A stretch of 64,000 bases of DNA from Spirochaetia bacterium (GTDB taxonomy: Bacteria; Spirochaetota; Spirochaetia; DSM-16054; Sediminispirochaetaceae): positions 928,001-992,000 of the forward strand of contig JAXHMY010000001.1 of assembly GCA_034520965.1 (NCBI GenBank), given 5' to 3'. A program made the position numbers and the translations under genes. The notes under the pieces are model-generated. The model made no database searches, was not told where the DNA came from, and was given only the letters and a program-made list of their open reading frames with translations. Below are positions 1 through 9,739 of this stretch, in pieces; positions within the stretch are counted from its first letter, which is position 1; the number at the start of each line of letters is the position of its first letter.

Positions 1-276
1 CCCAACTACGGTGCTGCCGTCGTGCACACCCTTACCCGTCCCGGCTATGCTGAAGAAAACCCCAATCTCGGTAAGTTTTTCAGCAACCTTGAGTTCACCC
101 TGGCAATGGAAAATAAAATTATGAAGGATATCGCCGACGGCATGCAGGCCCGTCCGGCTGCTGAAAAATGGCTTAAAGCAAACCCGGGAATTCTGGACTC
201 CTGGCTTGAAGGCGTCAAAACTCCCGATGGAAAAGATGCTCTTCCAGTAGTCAAACAGAATCTTGGGGTAGAATAA
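1..276 (+). CDS. Choline/glycine-betaine ABC substrate-binding protein, 3' end only
   Basis: Frame open from the window start; PNYGAAVVHTLTRPGYAEENPNLGKFFSNLEFTLAMEN resembles the ChoX/OpuAC C-terminus. Confidence 0.75.
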   Translation, partial: PNYGAAVVHTLTRPGYAEENPNLGKFFSNLEFTLAMENKIMKDIADGMQARPAAEKWLKANPGILDSWLEGVKTPDGKDALPVVKQNLGVE

Positions 277-306
277 ACACCCCGGCTGTAGAACACTTTA
301 AATATG

Positions 307-344
307 CGCTCGAGCGATTGATCACCGCTCGGGCGTTTTTTTTT
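307..344 (+). terminator. Rho-independent terminator
   Basis: CGCTCGAGCG...CGCTCGGGCG stem followed by a T9 run. Confidence 0.7.
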
Positions 345-360
345 AATTTTTGACCTATTT

Positions 361-1320
361 CTATTTCTCCAGCAGGTGCACGGCAAAACCGGCGATTTCA
401 TCCTGCAGGAAAAGCGCCTTTACCCGGCCGTCCTTCTCCACCGCGTTCTGATGGTCCAGGGCAAAACCCTTGCGCTCCAGAAAAGCCGCCGCCCGGGTAA
501 TATTGGTAGTGCCGATTGCAATGTGGCCGTAGGTACCGCGACCCGGTACCTTCATTAGCTCTACCGCACCGCCTACCATCACCGACTTCTCACTCTCCCC
601 CGGTGTCCCCGGAAAAAAGGTAGAAAAAAGAGCTACCCCCCTCTTGGCTGCCGCTTCATCGCCGGTGTTTATACCAATATGCTGCAGCGAAAAGCCCAGC
701 ATCGAGACCACCGCCTCGCGGGAGAGCCTAGTCACTTCTTCAAACCGCTCTTCGGCAATAAACTCGGGCTTTACCATCCAGCTGCCGCCGATTGCCAGAA
801 CCTTGGAAAAACCGAGGTAGTCATGCATATTCGACGTCTTTATCCCACCGGTAGGAATAAAATGCAGGTTGTTATAAGGCGCCGACATAGCCTTTAACAT
901 CGCCATCCCGCCGGAAGCCTCCGCCGGAAAAAACTTCAGTACCTCCAGCCCCTTGTACAAACCCTGCTCAATCTGGGACGGAGAGTTTACCCCAGGAGTA
1001 ACCGGTACCCCGTGCTCCAGACAGTAATCGACTACCGGCTCGTTAAAGCCCGGCGACACAATGAACTTGGCCCCCGCTTTTATCGCCTTTTCGGCCTGCT
1101 CGGGAGTTATTACGGTGCCCGCCCCGACCAAAAGGTCCGGCAGATCGCCGGTTAGCCTTTTAATCGACTCTTCGGCGGCGGCGGTGCGAAAGGTTATTTC
1201 GGCCACCGGCAGATCGCCCGCCAACAGTGCCTCGCCTAAAGGCAGCGCATGGGCCGGGGTATCTATCTTTACCACCGGAACAATCCCAAGCGAATGTATT
1301 TTCTGTAAAATTGGATGCAT
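361..1320 (-). CDS. eda: KDPG/KHG aldolase with a ~110-aa C-terminal extension
   Basis: AEITFRT, GAGTV, FIVSPG, LKFFPAE, FIPTGG and GGSW motifs. Confidence 0.9.
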   Translation of the reverse strand: MHPILQKIHSLGIVPVVKIDTPAHALPLGEALLAGDLPVAEITFRTAAAEESIKRLTGDLPDLLVGAGTVITPEQAEKAIKAGAKFIVSPGFNEPVVDYCLEHGVPVTPGVNSPSQIEQGLYKGLEVLKFFPAEASGGMAMLKAMSAPYNNLHFIPTGGIKTSNMHDYLGFSKVLAIGGSWMVKPEFIAEERFEEVTRLSREAVVSMLGFSLQHIGINTGDEAAAKRGVALFSTFFPGTPGESEKSVMVGGAVELMKVPGRGTYGHIAIGTTNITRAAAFLERKGFALDHQNAVEKDGRVKALFLQDEIAGFAVHLLEK

Positions 1321-1444
1321 CTTATCCCCCTTGTAACAATCTACTTGTAAGCAGTTCTAATATATCAGTATTTTCGCAAATAGTATACCCGAAGTTCCAT
1401 TCTCGGCATTTGAACATCTTTAAAATCATCTTTATACTTTATGT

Positions 1445-2551
1445 ATGTTAGAAATGATTACAAATTACACTTTCCTAGGAAACCCGGCCACGGCGTACCT
1501 CAGGGCTGCGCTGCTTCTGGTAGTCGGAATACTGCTGATTGCGCTCCTGCGGAATACCGTGGGGCGTAAGCTCCGCCGTAAAGGTGAAGAACCGGATGCT
1601 GGCGGGCGGTGGTGGGTGGCACACCTCAGTTTTCGCAGGGTGGTAGTGCCCCTGCTCTATATCGGGGCAGTCTGGATTGCCATTTCCGGGCTATCGCTGG
1701 GAGATACCACCACCCGTATACTGCGGGGAATAATTGCTGCGGTTGGAGCCATAATCGCCGTGCGGGCAATTCTGTTTATGCTGGATACCTCATTAAAGAA
1801 ATATGCCCAGAAAACCGGTCGGGAGGAGGATGAGAAACGGGCTAAACCTCTGTTGTCTCTGATTTCCTTCCTGCTGTGGATGGTTGCCTTCATTTTTCTC
1901 CTGGACAACTTCGGCTTTAATATCTCCACCCTGGTCGCCGGTATCGGTGTCTCCGGTATTGCCATTGCAATTGCCGCCCAGGGAATTTTGGGAGACCTGT
2001 TTAACTATTTCGTAATCTTTTTCGACCGCCCCTTTGAGCTGGGCGATTTTATCATCTTTGACGACAAACTGGGGAGCATAGAAAAAATAGGCATCAAAAC
2101 CACCCGCATTAGGGCCTTGTCGGGAGAACAGCTGATTGTCTCAAACTCAAACCTGGTCAATGCCCGGGTCCATAATTACAAGCGTATGCAGCGGCGGCGA
2201 GTGGTATTTCGGATTGGAGTCACCTACCAGACCCCCCTAGAACAATTGAAGGAAATTCCGGAAATGATCCGCGGCTTTATTGAGTCTATTGAGCAGGCTC
2301 AGTTTGACCGCTCCCACTTCCAGGGCTACGGCGATTTCGCGCTGACCTTTGAAACGGTGTACTATGTGCTTACCCCCGACTATGCGGTGTATATGGACAT
2401 CCAGCAAGAGATCAACCTGAAAATTTTTGAAGCCTTCGCTGCCAAGGGAATCGATTTTGCCTATCCTACCCAGACTCTTTACATCGAAACCCCGGGGAAG
2501 GAACCAGAGACAAATAAAATCGGGTTTTCTGATTCCAGCCGCCTGGAATAG
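1445..2551 (+). CDS. MscS-family mechanosensitive channel
   Basis: TM helices, AIAAQGILGDLF, RPFELGDFI, IGIKTTRIR. Confidence 0.92.
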   Translation: MLEMITNYTFLGNPATAYLRAALLLVVGILLIALLRNTVGRKLRRKGEEPDAGGRWWVAHLSFRRVVVPLLYIGAVWIAISGLSLGDTTTRILRGIIAAVGAIIAVRAILFMLDTSLKKYAQKTGREEDEKRAKPLLSLISFLLWMVAFIFLLDNFGFNISTLVAGIGVSGIAIAIAAQGILGDLFNYFVIFFDRPFELGDFIIFDDKLGSIEKIGIKTTRIRALSGEQLIVSNSNLVNARVHNYKRMQRRRVVFRIGVTYQTPLEQLKEIPEMIRGFIESIEQAQFDRSHFQGYGDFALTFETVYYVLTPDYAVYMDIQQEINLKIFEAFAAKGIDFAYPTQTLYIETPGKEPETNKIGFSDSSRLE

Positions 2552-2573
2552 CATCCGACTGGAAGGAGGCGAT

Positions 2574-3356
2574 ATGTTTACAGCCCAAGAATCACTGGCA
2601 GTTATACAGCCGGAAGAAGTAGAGCGGCTGATTGTCTTTGGCGACCTGCACGGCGACCTCAATGCCCTGCGCAACGGCATGGCCCTGCGCGGGCCGAAGG
2701 ACCTTTTGATATTTCTAGGTGACTATGCGGACCGAGGGCCGGCGGGGATCGAAGTTATTGAAGGCATTCAGGAACTCCGGTCACGGATTCCGAATAAGGT
2801 GATAAGCCTGATGGGCAATCACGAGGATTACACCGAAGCCGGAGAACCCACCTTCAGCCCCTGCACCTTGATTGACGAGGCCATCCGCAAGCGGAACAGC
2901 TGGGATCTGTTTTTTCCCGAGTTTAAAAACTTCACCGACCAGCTTTTTCTATCTGCTCTGTTACCGGGGCAGGCGCTGTTCGTGCATGGGGGGATCAATT
3001 CACACATTAACTCGGTAGAGGATCTGCGTTTGCCCGGCCCGGCACTGCGCCGGGAGCTGCTGTGGAACGACCCCTATCCCCAGGAGGGCGAGGCTCCCAG
3101 CATGCGCGGGGCCGGCACCATGTTTGGCCCGGATATCAGCCGCAGCGTCCTAGAACGGCTGGAGACAGCCTGCTTAATCCGCAGCCACGAACCGCGTAAA
3201 GCCCTTCAAGGGCCGTACGTAGAGCATGAGGGGCGGGTGATTACCACCAGCTCCACGGCTATCTATGACGGCCGACCCTTTGTACTGGTCCTGGAGCTGG
3301 AGGACTTTCCTGCAAGCGAAGAGGCCTTTCACGAAGCGGCGGTCTTTCTTGATTAA
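2574..3356 (+). CDS. PPP-family Ser/Thr protein phosphatase (metallophosphoesterase)
   Basis: GDLHG, GDYADRG, GNHE, VHGG, LLWNDP, RSHE; GGAGG RBS before ATG 2574. Confidence 0.85.
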   Translation: MFTAQESLAVIQPEEVERLIVFGDLHGDLNALRNGMALRGPKDLLIFLGDYADRGPAGIEVIEGIQELRSRIPNKVISLMGNHEDYTEAGEPTFSPCTLIDEAIRKRNSWDLFFPEFKNFTDQLFLSALLPGQALFVHGGINSHINSVEDLRLPGPALRRELLWNDPYPQEGEAPSMRGAGTMFGPDISRSVLERLETACLIRSHEPRKALQGPYVEHEGRVITTSSTAIYDGRPFVLVLELEDFPASEEAFHEAAVFLD

Positions 3357-4384
3357 AATCGATAACTCGCCCATTCAACCCCATGACATCCTGCTTGCTC
3401 CAATGGCTGAAATCTCCCACGGCGGTTTCCGCCGCCTCTGCGATGAGTTCGGCGGATATGACTGGTATTTTACCGAAATGCTGTCCGCCGCCGGCGTGGT
3501 CAGCACCTCGCGCTATACCTCCTGGTATTTTGATTTTGGCCCTTACCCCAAGAAAACCTTTGTACAGCTGGCCGGGAACAATCCGGACCTGTTTTATCGG
3601 GCCGCCGAAAAAATATTAACCGCAGATATTGCCGGCATCGACATAAACATGGGCTGTTCAGTTCATCACATCCGCAGCCGCGGCTGGGGAGTGGAGCTGA
3701 TGAACCGCCCTGAGACCGCCCTTGAAATTGTGCAGCTGCTAAAGCCCCTGACAGACAGCCGCCCGCTCTCGGTAAAACTGCGCATCGGCAAAGAGGAGAA
3801 CCCTGATGAGCTGCTGAGGTTCTGTAACACCCTGGTCGAAGCCGGGGTTGCCTTTATTACTCTTAACCCCCGAACCAGCAAGACCAATCGTAACCGTCCC
3901 GGAGACTGGAAGTATGTAGACCTGCTGCGCCGGGAGCTGCCGGTTCCGGTCATCGGGAACGGGGAGATAGTCGGCCGCACGTCGTACCTCTCCCGGCAAG
4001 AGAGTGCCGGTGAGGGGCCTGTGATGATCGGACGGGGAGCTGTTCAGAAACCGTGGATAGCCGCCGCGCTCAAAAAGCCGGAGTCGAAGCCGGAGGCGAA
4101 CCTACAGCCTGCAACGGGGTACGGGCCCTCGATGCTCACCGAAGACGGACAGGTTGACCTGCAGGCTGTAATAGAGAGGTTTTTGGATCTGCTGGAGACG
4201 CATCAGCCGGAGGATTTTCATGTATCCCGGGGGCGGCGCTTTTTTTTATTTCTGTGATAACTTCAAATTCGGCCACCGGGTGAAGATGGACATCCAAAAC
4301 GCCTCCGACCTGCCGACTATTCGCTCTTTAGCCCTGGACTACCTTAGCCGCAACCCCAAAGAGCGCTACAAAGCCATAGACTAG
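3349..4384 (+). CDS. tRNA-dihydrouridine synthase; frameshift in the T-run near 4245
   Basis: LAPMA, VQLAG, DINMGC, VKLR, IGNG and MIGRGA motifs; another frame continues (CDNFKFGHR...) to TAG at 4382-4384. Confidence 0.85.
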
Positions 4385-4434
4385 GCCATAAAATAGGATT
4401 GACGCCGTGGACAAAGGGTCCTACTATTATTGGC

Positions 4435-5043
4435 ATGGAAAAGAGAGTCGACTTTAAGCCTAGACGAAGTTTACGAACCGCCCGGGTACTGATAGCATTA
4501 ATTGGCGCCTTTCTCGTGTTTGGGGTAATCATGTTTTTCTGGACAGACCCCCGGTTCGGTTTGACTATGGCCCTTATTTCGGCAGTAATGATGGGGGTAA
4601 TCCTCATAGAAACCGCCCGTATCGGCTGGCTCTACTCACTTGACTCCAGCGGGATTTACATAAAAAGGACTTTCAAGCGGTATCATCTGCCCACAGAACT
4701 TATCTCCGAGGTTAAGCTAATCGACTGGAAACATGCCAAGCGGGTAGTCGACGAGGCGCAGCTCGGATTTGCCGGTTCTGCGGCCGCCTCCCAGGAGGGC
4801 AATGTGAAGGGCAGTGTCAAAACCCAGATAGAGATAGGCCGGCTTATAGGCTTTAGCTCAATCCCCTTCAATGTCTCCCAAAAACGCTTTAGTAAACCCG
4901 GGAATGGAAGCAATACAGCTGCGCACAGCCAGGCAAAATTTATTCTGGTACACCGTACAGACGGCCGCCGTTATCTGCTCAGTCCGCAGGATACTGCCGG
5001 TTTTCTAAAAGCCTGCCGCAAGTTCAAAATCGGGGGCAAATAG
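4435..5043 (+). CDS. Hypothetical two-TM membrane protein, possible bacterial PH domain
   Basis: Two hydrophobic segments; C-terminal RYLLSPQDTAGF. Confidence 0.5.
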   Translation: MEKRVDFKPRRSLRTARVLIALIGAFLVFGVIMFFWTDPRFGLTMALISAVMMGVILIETARIGWLYSLDSSGIYIKRTFKRYHLPTELISEVKLIDWKHAKRVVDEAQLGFAGSAAASQEGNVKGSVKTQIEIGRLIGFSSIPFNVSQKRFSKPGNGSNTAAHSQAKFILVHRTDGRRYLLSPQDTAGFLKACRKFKIGGK

Positions 5044-5071
5044 GCATCCCAAGCCCCGGTTCTTGTCCTAT

Positions 5072-5773
5072 TTATACTCCCAGGAGCTGGGGTATTTCCT
5101 TCAGGTGCCGAATATGGTAATCGATATACTGACCGTACTCTCCTGCATCCGCCTGGGCGGGGTTGTACCAGCAGGTCTTTAGTCCGTACTGTTTTCCGCC
5201 CTTAATATCGGAGACAAGGTTATCCCCGATAATCAGCACCGATTCGGGGGCGGGATTACCCAAGCGCTCCAGGGCTCGATCGAAAATGAGGGGGTCCGGC
5301 TTTTTGGCCCCCAGCTCGTCGGAGATAAAAATATCCTCAAAAAACTCTTCCAGTTCGGTTACGCCGATTCGCTGGTGCTGGGTATCTTTAAAGCCGTTGG
5401 TAATAATTGATTTTCTGATCTCCGGAAAACCATGCAGATACTCCAGCATTTCGCGGGCTCCCGCCTCCAGCTGCTTGGACTGGGAGAAGTAGTGCAGGTA
5501 GGTTTCGCTAAACTGTGCCGCCGATACGTCTGTGACGATACCCCCCTTTTCAAGCAGCAATTCAAAACGCCGGATCCGCAGCTCGGCGGAGCTTATTTCT
5601 CCGGTTTCGATCAAACGCCACAGCTTGCGGTTCTCCCGGCGATAGATTTCGAACAGCCGCGGCTCGGGGCTTATCCCGTATTCTTCCAAGGCTCCTGTAA
5701 GGCCGTGCTCCTCGGCGGCGTCATAACTTATAAGGGTATCGTCAAAATCAAACAACAGAATATTCATATGCAT
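5072..5773 (-). CDS. YjjG-family HAD nucleotidase
   Basis: FDFDDTL, ITNG, KPDP, IGDNLVSDIKG. Confidence 0.88.
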   Translation of the reverse strand: MHMNILLFDFDDTLISYDAAEEHGLTGALEEYGISPEPRLFEIYRRENRKLWRLIETGEISSAELRIRRFELLLEKGGIVTDVSAAQFSETYLHYFSQSKQLEAGAREMLEYLHGFPEIRKSIITNGFKDTQHQRIGVTELEEFFEDIFISDELGAKKPDPLIFDRALERLGNPAPESVLIIGDNLVSDIKGGKQYGLKTCWYNPAQADAGEYGQYIDYHIRHLKEIPQLLGV

Positions 5774-6847
5774 CTATTCCCTCTTCCAGTTGTGCTCCGC
5801 CGTTATCCGGCGGTGAGCTTTATTTACTTCTTCCATGCGCAGCTGCCCCAGAAAGGGCAGCTGCAGCGCTCTTTCCTGGGAGGTAACCACCGGAAAGCGG
5901 TAAAACTCGTTATAGTGCTTAGGCTCTCCCTTTTCAGCGGCAAACCCCTCAATAAACTCTTGATGCCGCTGCAGCCGGGCACGGGTGTATTCGTTCAACT
6001 CCTCTACTTCACCTAGCATCCGCTCCTGGGCATGGTCTACAAAGGCCGGCTCCAGCTCTATTCCGATAGAATTCCGCCCGCCGGCCATAGCCGCCAGAAG
6101 GGTGGTGCCTGTGCCTGCAAAGGGATCGAGCACCACATCTTCCTGCACAGAATACATATGGGTCAGCCGATAGGCAAGTTCAAAGGGAAAGGCTCCGCTG
6201 CGGGCCCGGGGGCCCTTATGCAGCTGTCGGCTGCCCTTAAAGTCCCACACATCCGAAAACCACCGGTTCCGTTCTTCCCACAACAGCGCACTGCGGCGGC
6301 GGTTCTGCCGGGCGGCCTCGGACTGAAAAAGACGTTTCACGCCCTTGCGAAATATCAATACATACTCGTGTTCAAGGGTTACATACGCTCCGGCAGGCAG
6401 CATCCCCGAGCCCATAAATTTGTTAGGAGCGTTGGTCTGCTTGCGCCACAGTATGAGGGGCAGCATGGAGAGGCCCAACGAATGGAGGGAGGAGATTATA
6501 CGGCTGTGATTGCCGTACATGCGAAACTCTCCATTAAGGCTGCGGGCGGCGTCTCCGATATTCACACACATAAAGCCCCCCTCCGTAAGTACCCTGGCAC
6601 ACTCCTGCCAGGTGCGGTCCAGCTGCCGGTGCATCGCCTCCCATGCCTGCAGCCCCTCATTCCGCTCCAGTGCGGCTGCAACTTCAGCGTCACCGGCGGA
6701 AAATTGTTCATCCCACATGGCGATCATCGGATAGGGTGGTGAGGTTACAATCAGGTTGACTGATTTGTCATTGATATTTTCCATTCGCCGTGAATCGGCA
6801 CAGTACAGCTGGTGAACACTTTGCATGGCAGAGAGTCTATACTTCAT
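5774..6847 (-). CDS. N4-C/N6-A DNA methyltransferase (beta class), orphan
   Basis: TSPPY precedes VLDPFAGTGTT. Confidence 0.88.
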   Translation of the reverse strand: MKYRLSAMQSVHQLYCADSRRMENINDKSVNLIVTSPPYPMIAMWDEQFSAGDAEVAAALERNEGLQAWEAMHRQLDRTWQECARVLTEGGFMCVNIGDAARSLNGEFRMYGNHSRIISSLHSLGLSMLPLILWRKQTNAPNKFMGSGMLPAGAYVTLEHEYVLIFRKGVKRLFQSEAARQNRRRSALLWEERNRWFSDVWDFKGSRQLHKGPRARSGAFPFELAYRLTHMYSVQEDVVLDPFAGTGTTLLAAMAGGRNSIGIELEPAFVDHAQERMLGEVEELNEYTRARLQRHQEFIEGFAAEKGEPKHYNEFYRFPVVTSQERALQLPFLGQLRMEEVNKAHRRITAEHNWKRE

Positions 6848-6938
6848 GTTCTAATCCGGCAAGTATTACTCACGTTGATTTTAGCCCCTTTATTTATTAC
6901 GCTATATATAGCATTAAAATAAAAAAAGGAGAAACAGG

Positions 6939-7667
6939 ATGCAACACATAGTTATTACCGGAGCAAGTACCGGAATCGGGGCGGCGACGGCACGCGACCT
7001 GGCCCCCGGAAATACAGTTTTCGTGCATTATCACCGCAGTAAAAATGAGGCCCAGGCGGTAGCGAAGGATGTAGAAGCCGCCGGTGGTACCCCAATTCTA
7101 ATTCAGGCCGACCTGGCCACCGATGCCGGCTGCGGAAAGCTGGCCGACGAGGTAAAGGCCCGCACCGATACCCTGGATGTGCTGGTTAACAACGCCGGAG
7201 ATCTGCTGGATCGGCACTCCCTGGAGGAGACTACCTGGGACATCGCCACCCGTACCTTCGAGCTCAATGTGTTCTCGGTGATGCGGGTTACCGCCCTGCT
7301 CCTGCCCTTGCTCAAAAAGGCGGAGAAGGCCAATATTATCAACATTTCTTCGGTAGCCGCCCGCAACGGTTCTCCTACCGCAATAACCTATGCCTCGGCC
7401 AAGGGAGCGGTAGACACCTACACCCGCGGCGCGGCCAAGGGTCTGGCTCCCTCGATTAGGGTGAATGCAATTGCCCCGGGAATTATTCTTACCCCCTTTC
7501 ATGACAAGGCTACCCCGAAGGACCAATTAGAGAAGTTTATGAAAGCCACCCCCGTGGGTTATGCCGGACAGCCGGAGGAAATTGCCCGGGCTATCCGCTT
7601 TGTCCTTGAGACGCCCTTTATGACCGGTGAGACAATCGATATCAACGGCGGCATGAATATGCGATAG
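6939..7667 (+). CDS. Short-chain dehydrogenase/reductase
   Basis: TGASTGIG, NNAG, YASAK. Confidence 0.92.
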   Translation: MQHIVITGASTGIGAATARDLAPGNTVFVHYHRSKNEAQAVAKDVEAAGGTPILIQADLATDAGCGKLADEVKARTDTLDVLVNNAGDLLDRHSLEETTWDIATRTFELNVFSVMRVTALLLPLLKKAEKANIINISSVAARNGSPTAITYASAKGAVDTYTRGAAKGLAPSIRVNAIAPGIILTPFHDKATPKDQLEKFMKATPVGYAGQPEEIARAIRFVLETPFMTGETIDINGGMNMR

Positions 7668-7678
7668 GCCGGCTGGGC

Positions 7679-8119
7679 CTATCTGTTACCGGCTGCGTCA
7701 AGCAGCCGGTAGTAGAGGCGGTTCAAACCGTTTTTGCGTTCAAAGGAGGGCACCAAGCCCTGGGGAAGGTAGCTGTGAAACTTTGGTTTGACGCTGCGGA
7801 TCTCCTCGATACTGCCGCCCTGGTATACCTCGGCAAAGACCGCCAGCACCCCCTGCAACACCTGGGAATCGCTATTGACCCGTATATAGATACTGTTCTG
7901 CCGGGTATTCATAAAGAGGTAGCGCACCGTAATGGAACACTCTTCGAATAGATTGCCCTCCTCTCTCTCGTCTTCCGAAAAGGGTAGCTGGGAACGACCG
8001 AAATTGATAAGGTACTCCATAATCTCGAAGGAGTTTTTCAGGTCGTCCAGCAGATAGATAAACTGCTTTTGGCGTTCCCCTGGATGTAAGTGCGATATTG
8101 TCCCCGGCAGTCGTTCCAT
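7679..8119 (-). CDS. SufE-family protein (divergent)
   Basis: EYLINFG, EECS, SDSQVLQG, RKNGL. Confidence 0.65.
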   Translation of the reverse strand: MERLPGTISHLHPGERQKQFIYLLDDLKNSFEIMEYLINFGRSQLPFSEDEREEGNLFEECSITVRYLFMNTRQNSIYIRVNSDSQVLQGVLAVFAEVYQGGSIEEIRSVKPKFHSYLPQGLVPSFERKNGLNRLYYRLLDAAGNR

Positions 8120-8238
8120 AGGCTTTCGATACGTATTATATAACGGCTTTCTTAATATTGAAAATAATTTTTGTAAAGATGTGATAGCTCCTGGTGTGAA
8201 CTATCGCACAAACCCCGTTTTTTAGATACACTGCTCCC

Positions 8239-8778
8239 ATGCAAAGCGATACATCACAAACAAATGGACGTCCGGTAGCAAGCCGGTCGATAGAGATGGA
8301 AAGTTACGAATGCGGCCCGGGCCGCATTATTACCAAAGGTATTCTGCGGGACGACCGTCATATACAGTTCAACGGCTTTAACGGCGAGGCCCAGCCCACG
8401 GGGCGCTTCCACAGCATCAAAGCCGGCATAGAGATTGATGTGGAGAGCATGCGAATCGAGCAGATCAATGTCGAGCTGCAGGATGTTCCCCATGCCGAAT
8501 GCCGGGAGCTGGGCAGCCGGTATTCCCAGCTGCAGGGGCTGCACATCGAATCAGGTTTTACCCGGGCGGTACTGAAGCTGCTGGGGGGCAATAAGGGCTG
8601 TGCCCACCTGACTCATTTGATTATCACCATGGGACCGGCGATGGTACAGGCCGCCTTCACTTATCAGACCCGCTCAGAGGCCTCGGAGACTCCCAGCCGG
8701 GAGCAGGTGCACAACTACTTTATCGACAGCTGCCACATCTGGCGGGCCGGCGGTAAGTATGCTCTGAAGCACGGATAG
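8239..8778 (+). CDS. DUF2889-like protein
   Basis: RSI, LRDDR, P..EC, GGNKGCAHL, DSCH. Confidence 0.75.
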   Translation: MQSDTSQTNGRPVASRSIEMESYECGPGRIITKGILRDDRHIQFNGFNGEAQPTGRFHSIKAGIEIDVESMRIEQINVELQDVPHAECRELGSRYSQLQGLHIESGFTRAVLKLLGGNKGCAHLTHLIITMGPAMVQAAFTYQTRSEASETPSREQVHNYFIDSCHIWRAGGKYALKHG

Positions 8779-8793
8779 AAGGGGCAGTATCGG

Positions 8794-9546
8794 ATGGCAC
8801 AACTAATAGTAACGGATTTTGACGGGGTGGTATGCGACAGCGTGCTCGAGTGTCTGCTGGCGGCGCATAACGCCTGGGAACAACTGCAGGGCGGAACCGG
8901 TTCGCAGCGGATTCTAGACGTTGATACTATCCCGAGCCAACGGCAAAGCCGTTACCGGGAACTGCGGTCGTACCTGCGCGGGGCCGAGGACTTTATTCCC
9001 CTGTTTCTGACGGTGGAGCGGGAGCTGGAAGTGAGCTCACAGAGCGATTTTGATCTGCTCCGCCGCCGCCTCCGCAACCAGCTGCCGCTGTACCAACAGG
9101 CATTCTACACTGAAAGGGATTACCTGCGCCGGGAACACCGGGAGCTCTGGCTGGAACTGAACCCCCTGTTTACGCCGATCGACAGGGCTCTGGGCAGCCG
9201 AGCCACCTTCGAGGATGTGCACATTCTTACCACCAAGCGGCAGGCAGATGTGGAGGACATACTCGGGTTTCACGGCATAGCCTTTCCCTCCGGGCAGATT
9301 CATTCGGTACAGTCGGACGGTAAGATAGAGCGGCTCCGGGCCATTATGGAGTCGACCGGAGCAGCACCGGCCCGCACCCTGTATGTGGAAGACCAGATCG
9401 ATTATCTGATTTCCGCCGCGCCCCTGGGCGTAGAGGTGCTGCTGGCCGAATGGGGATATGTGTCCGAGGAGCAGCGCAGCGCAGCGGTAGAACAAAAAAT
9501 ACCCCTGCTGAGCCGGGAGGAGCTTGCCGAACTGCTGCTGGACTGA
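8794..9546 (+). CDS. HAD-superfamily hydrolase
   Basis: DFDGVVCDS, LTTK, VEDQ, LAEWGY. Confidence 0.8.
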   Translation: MAQLIVTDFDGVVCDSVLECLLAAHNAWEQLQGGTGSQRILDVDTIPSQRQSRYRELRSYLRGAEDFIPLFLTVERELEVSSQSDFDLLRRRLRNQLPLYQQAFYTERDYLRREHRELWLELNPLFTPIDRALGSRATFEDVHILTTKRQADVEDILGFHGIAFPSGQIHSVQSDGKIERLRAIMESTGAAPARTLYVEDQIDYLISAAPLGVEVLLAEWGYVSEEQRSAAVEQKIPLLSREELAELLLD

Positions 9547-9739
9547 GCTGGACTAAGCGAGATTGTGGTGAGCAAGAGCATTAATCCAAGTACAGCCTTA
9601 TTGAGTGCCCCCTTATCTGCCGAAGGGGCCGCCTAGAGCAGGCCCCTCGGGGAAGGGTGCTGCACAGCTTCCTCCATAAAAAAACCACAAAAAAAACCGC
9701 CCCCCGAGTACGAGGAGCGGCGAACAGAAGAAAATGTAA

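Noticed and set aside
361..700. Eda C-terminal extra domain as a novelty
   Set aside because: Long Eda forms of about 320 aa are, to my recollection, common in Firmicutes and spirochaetes
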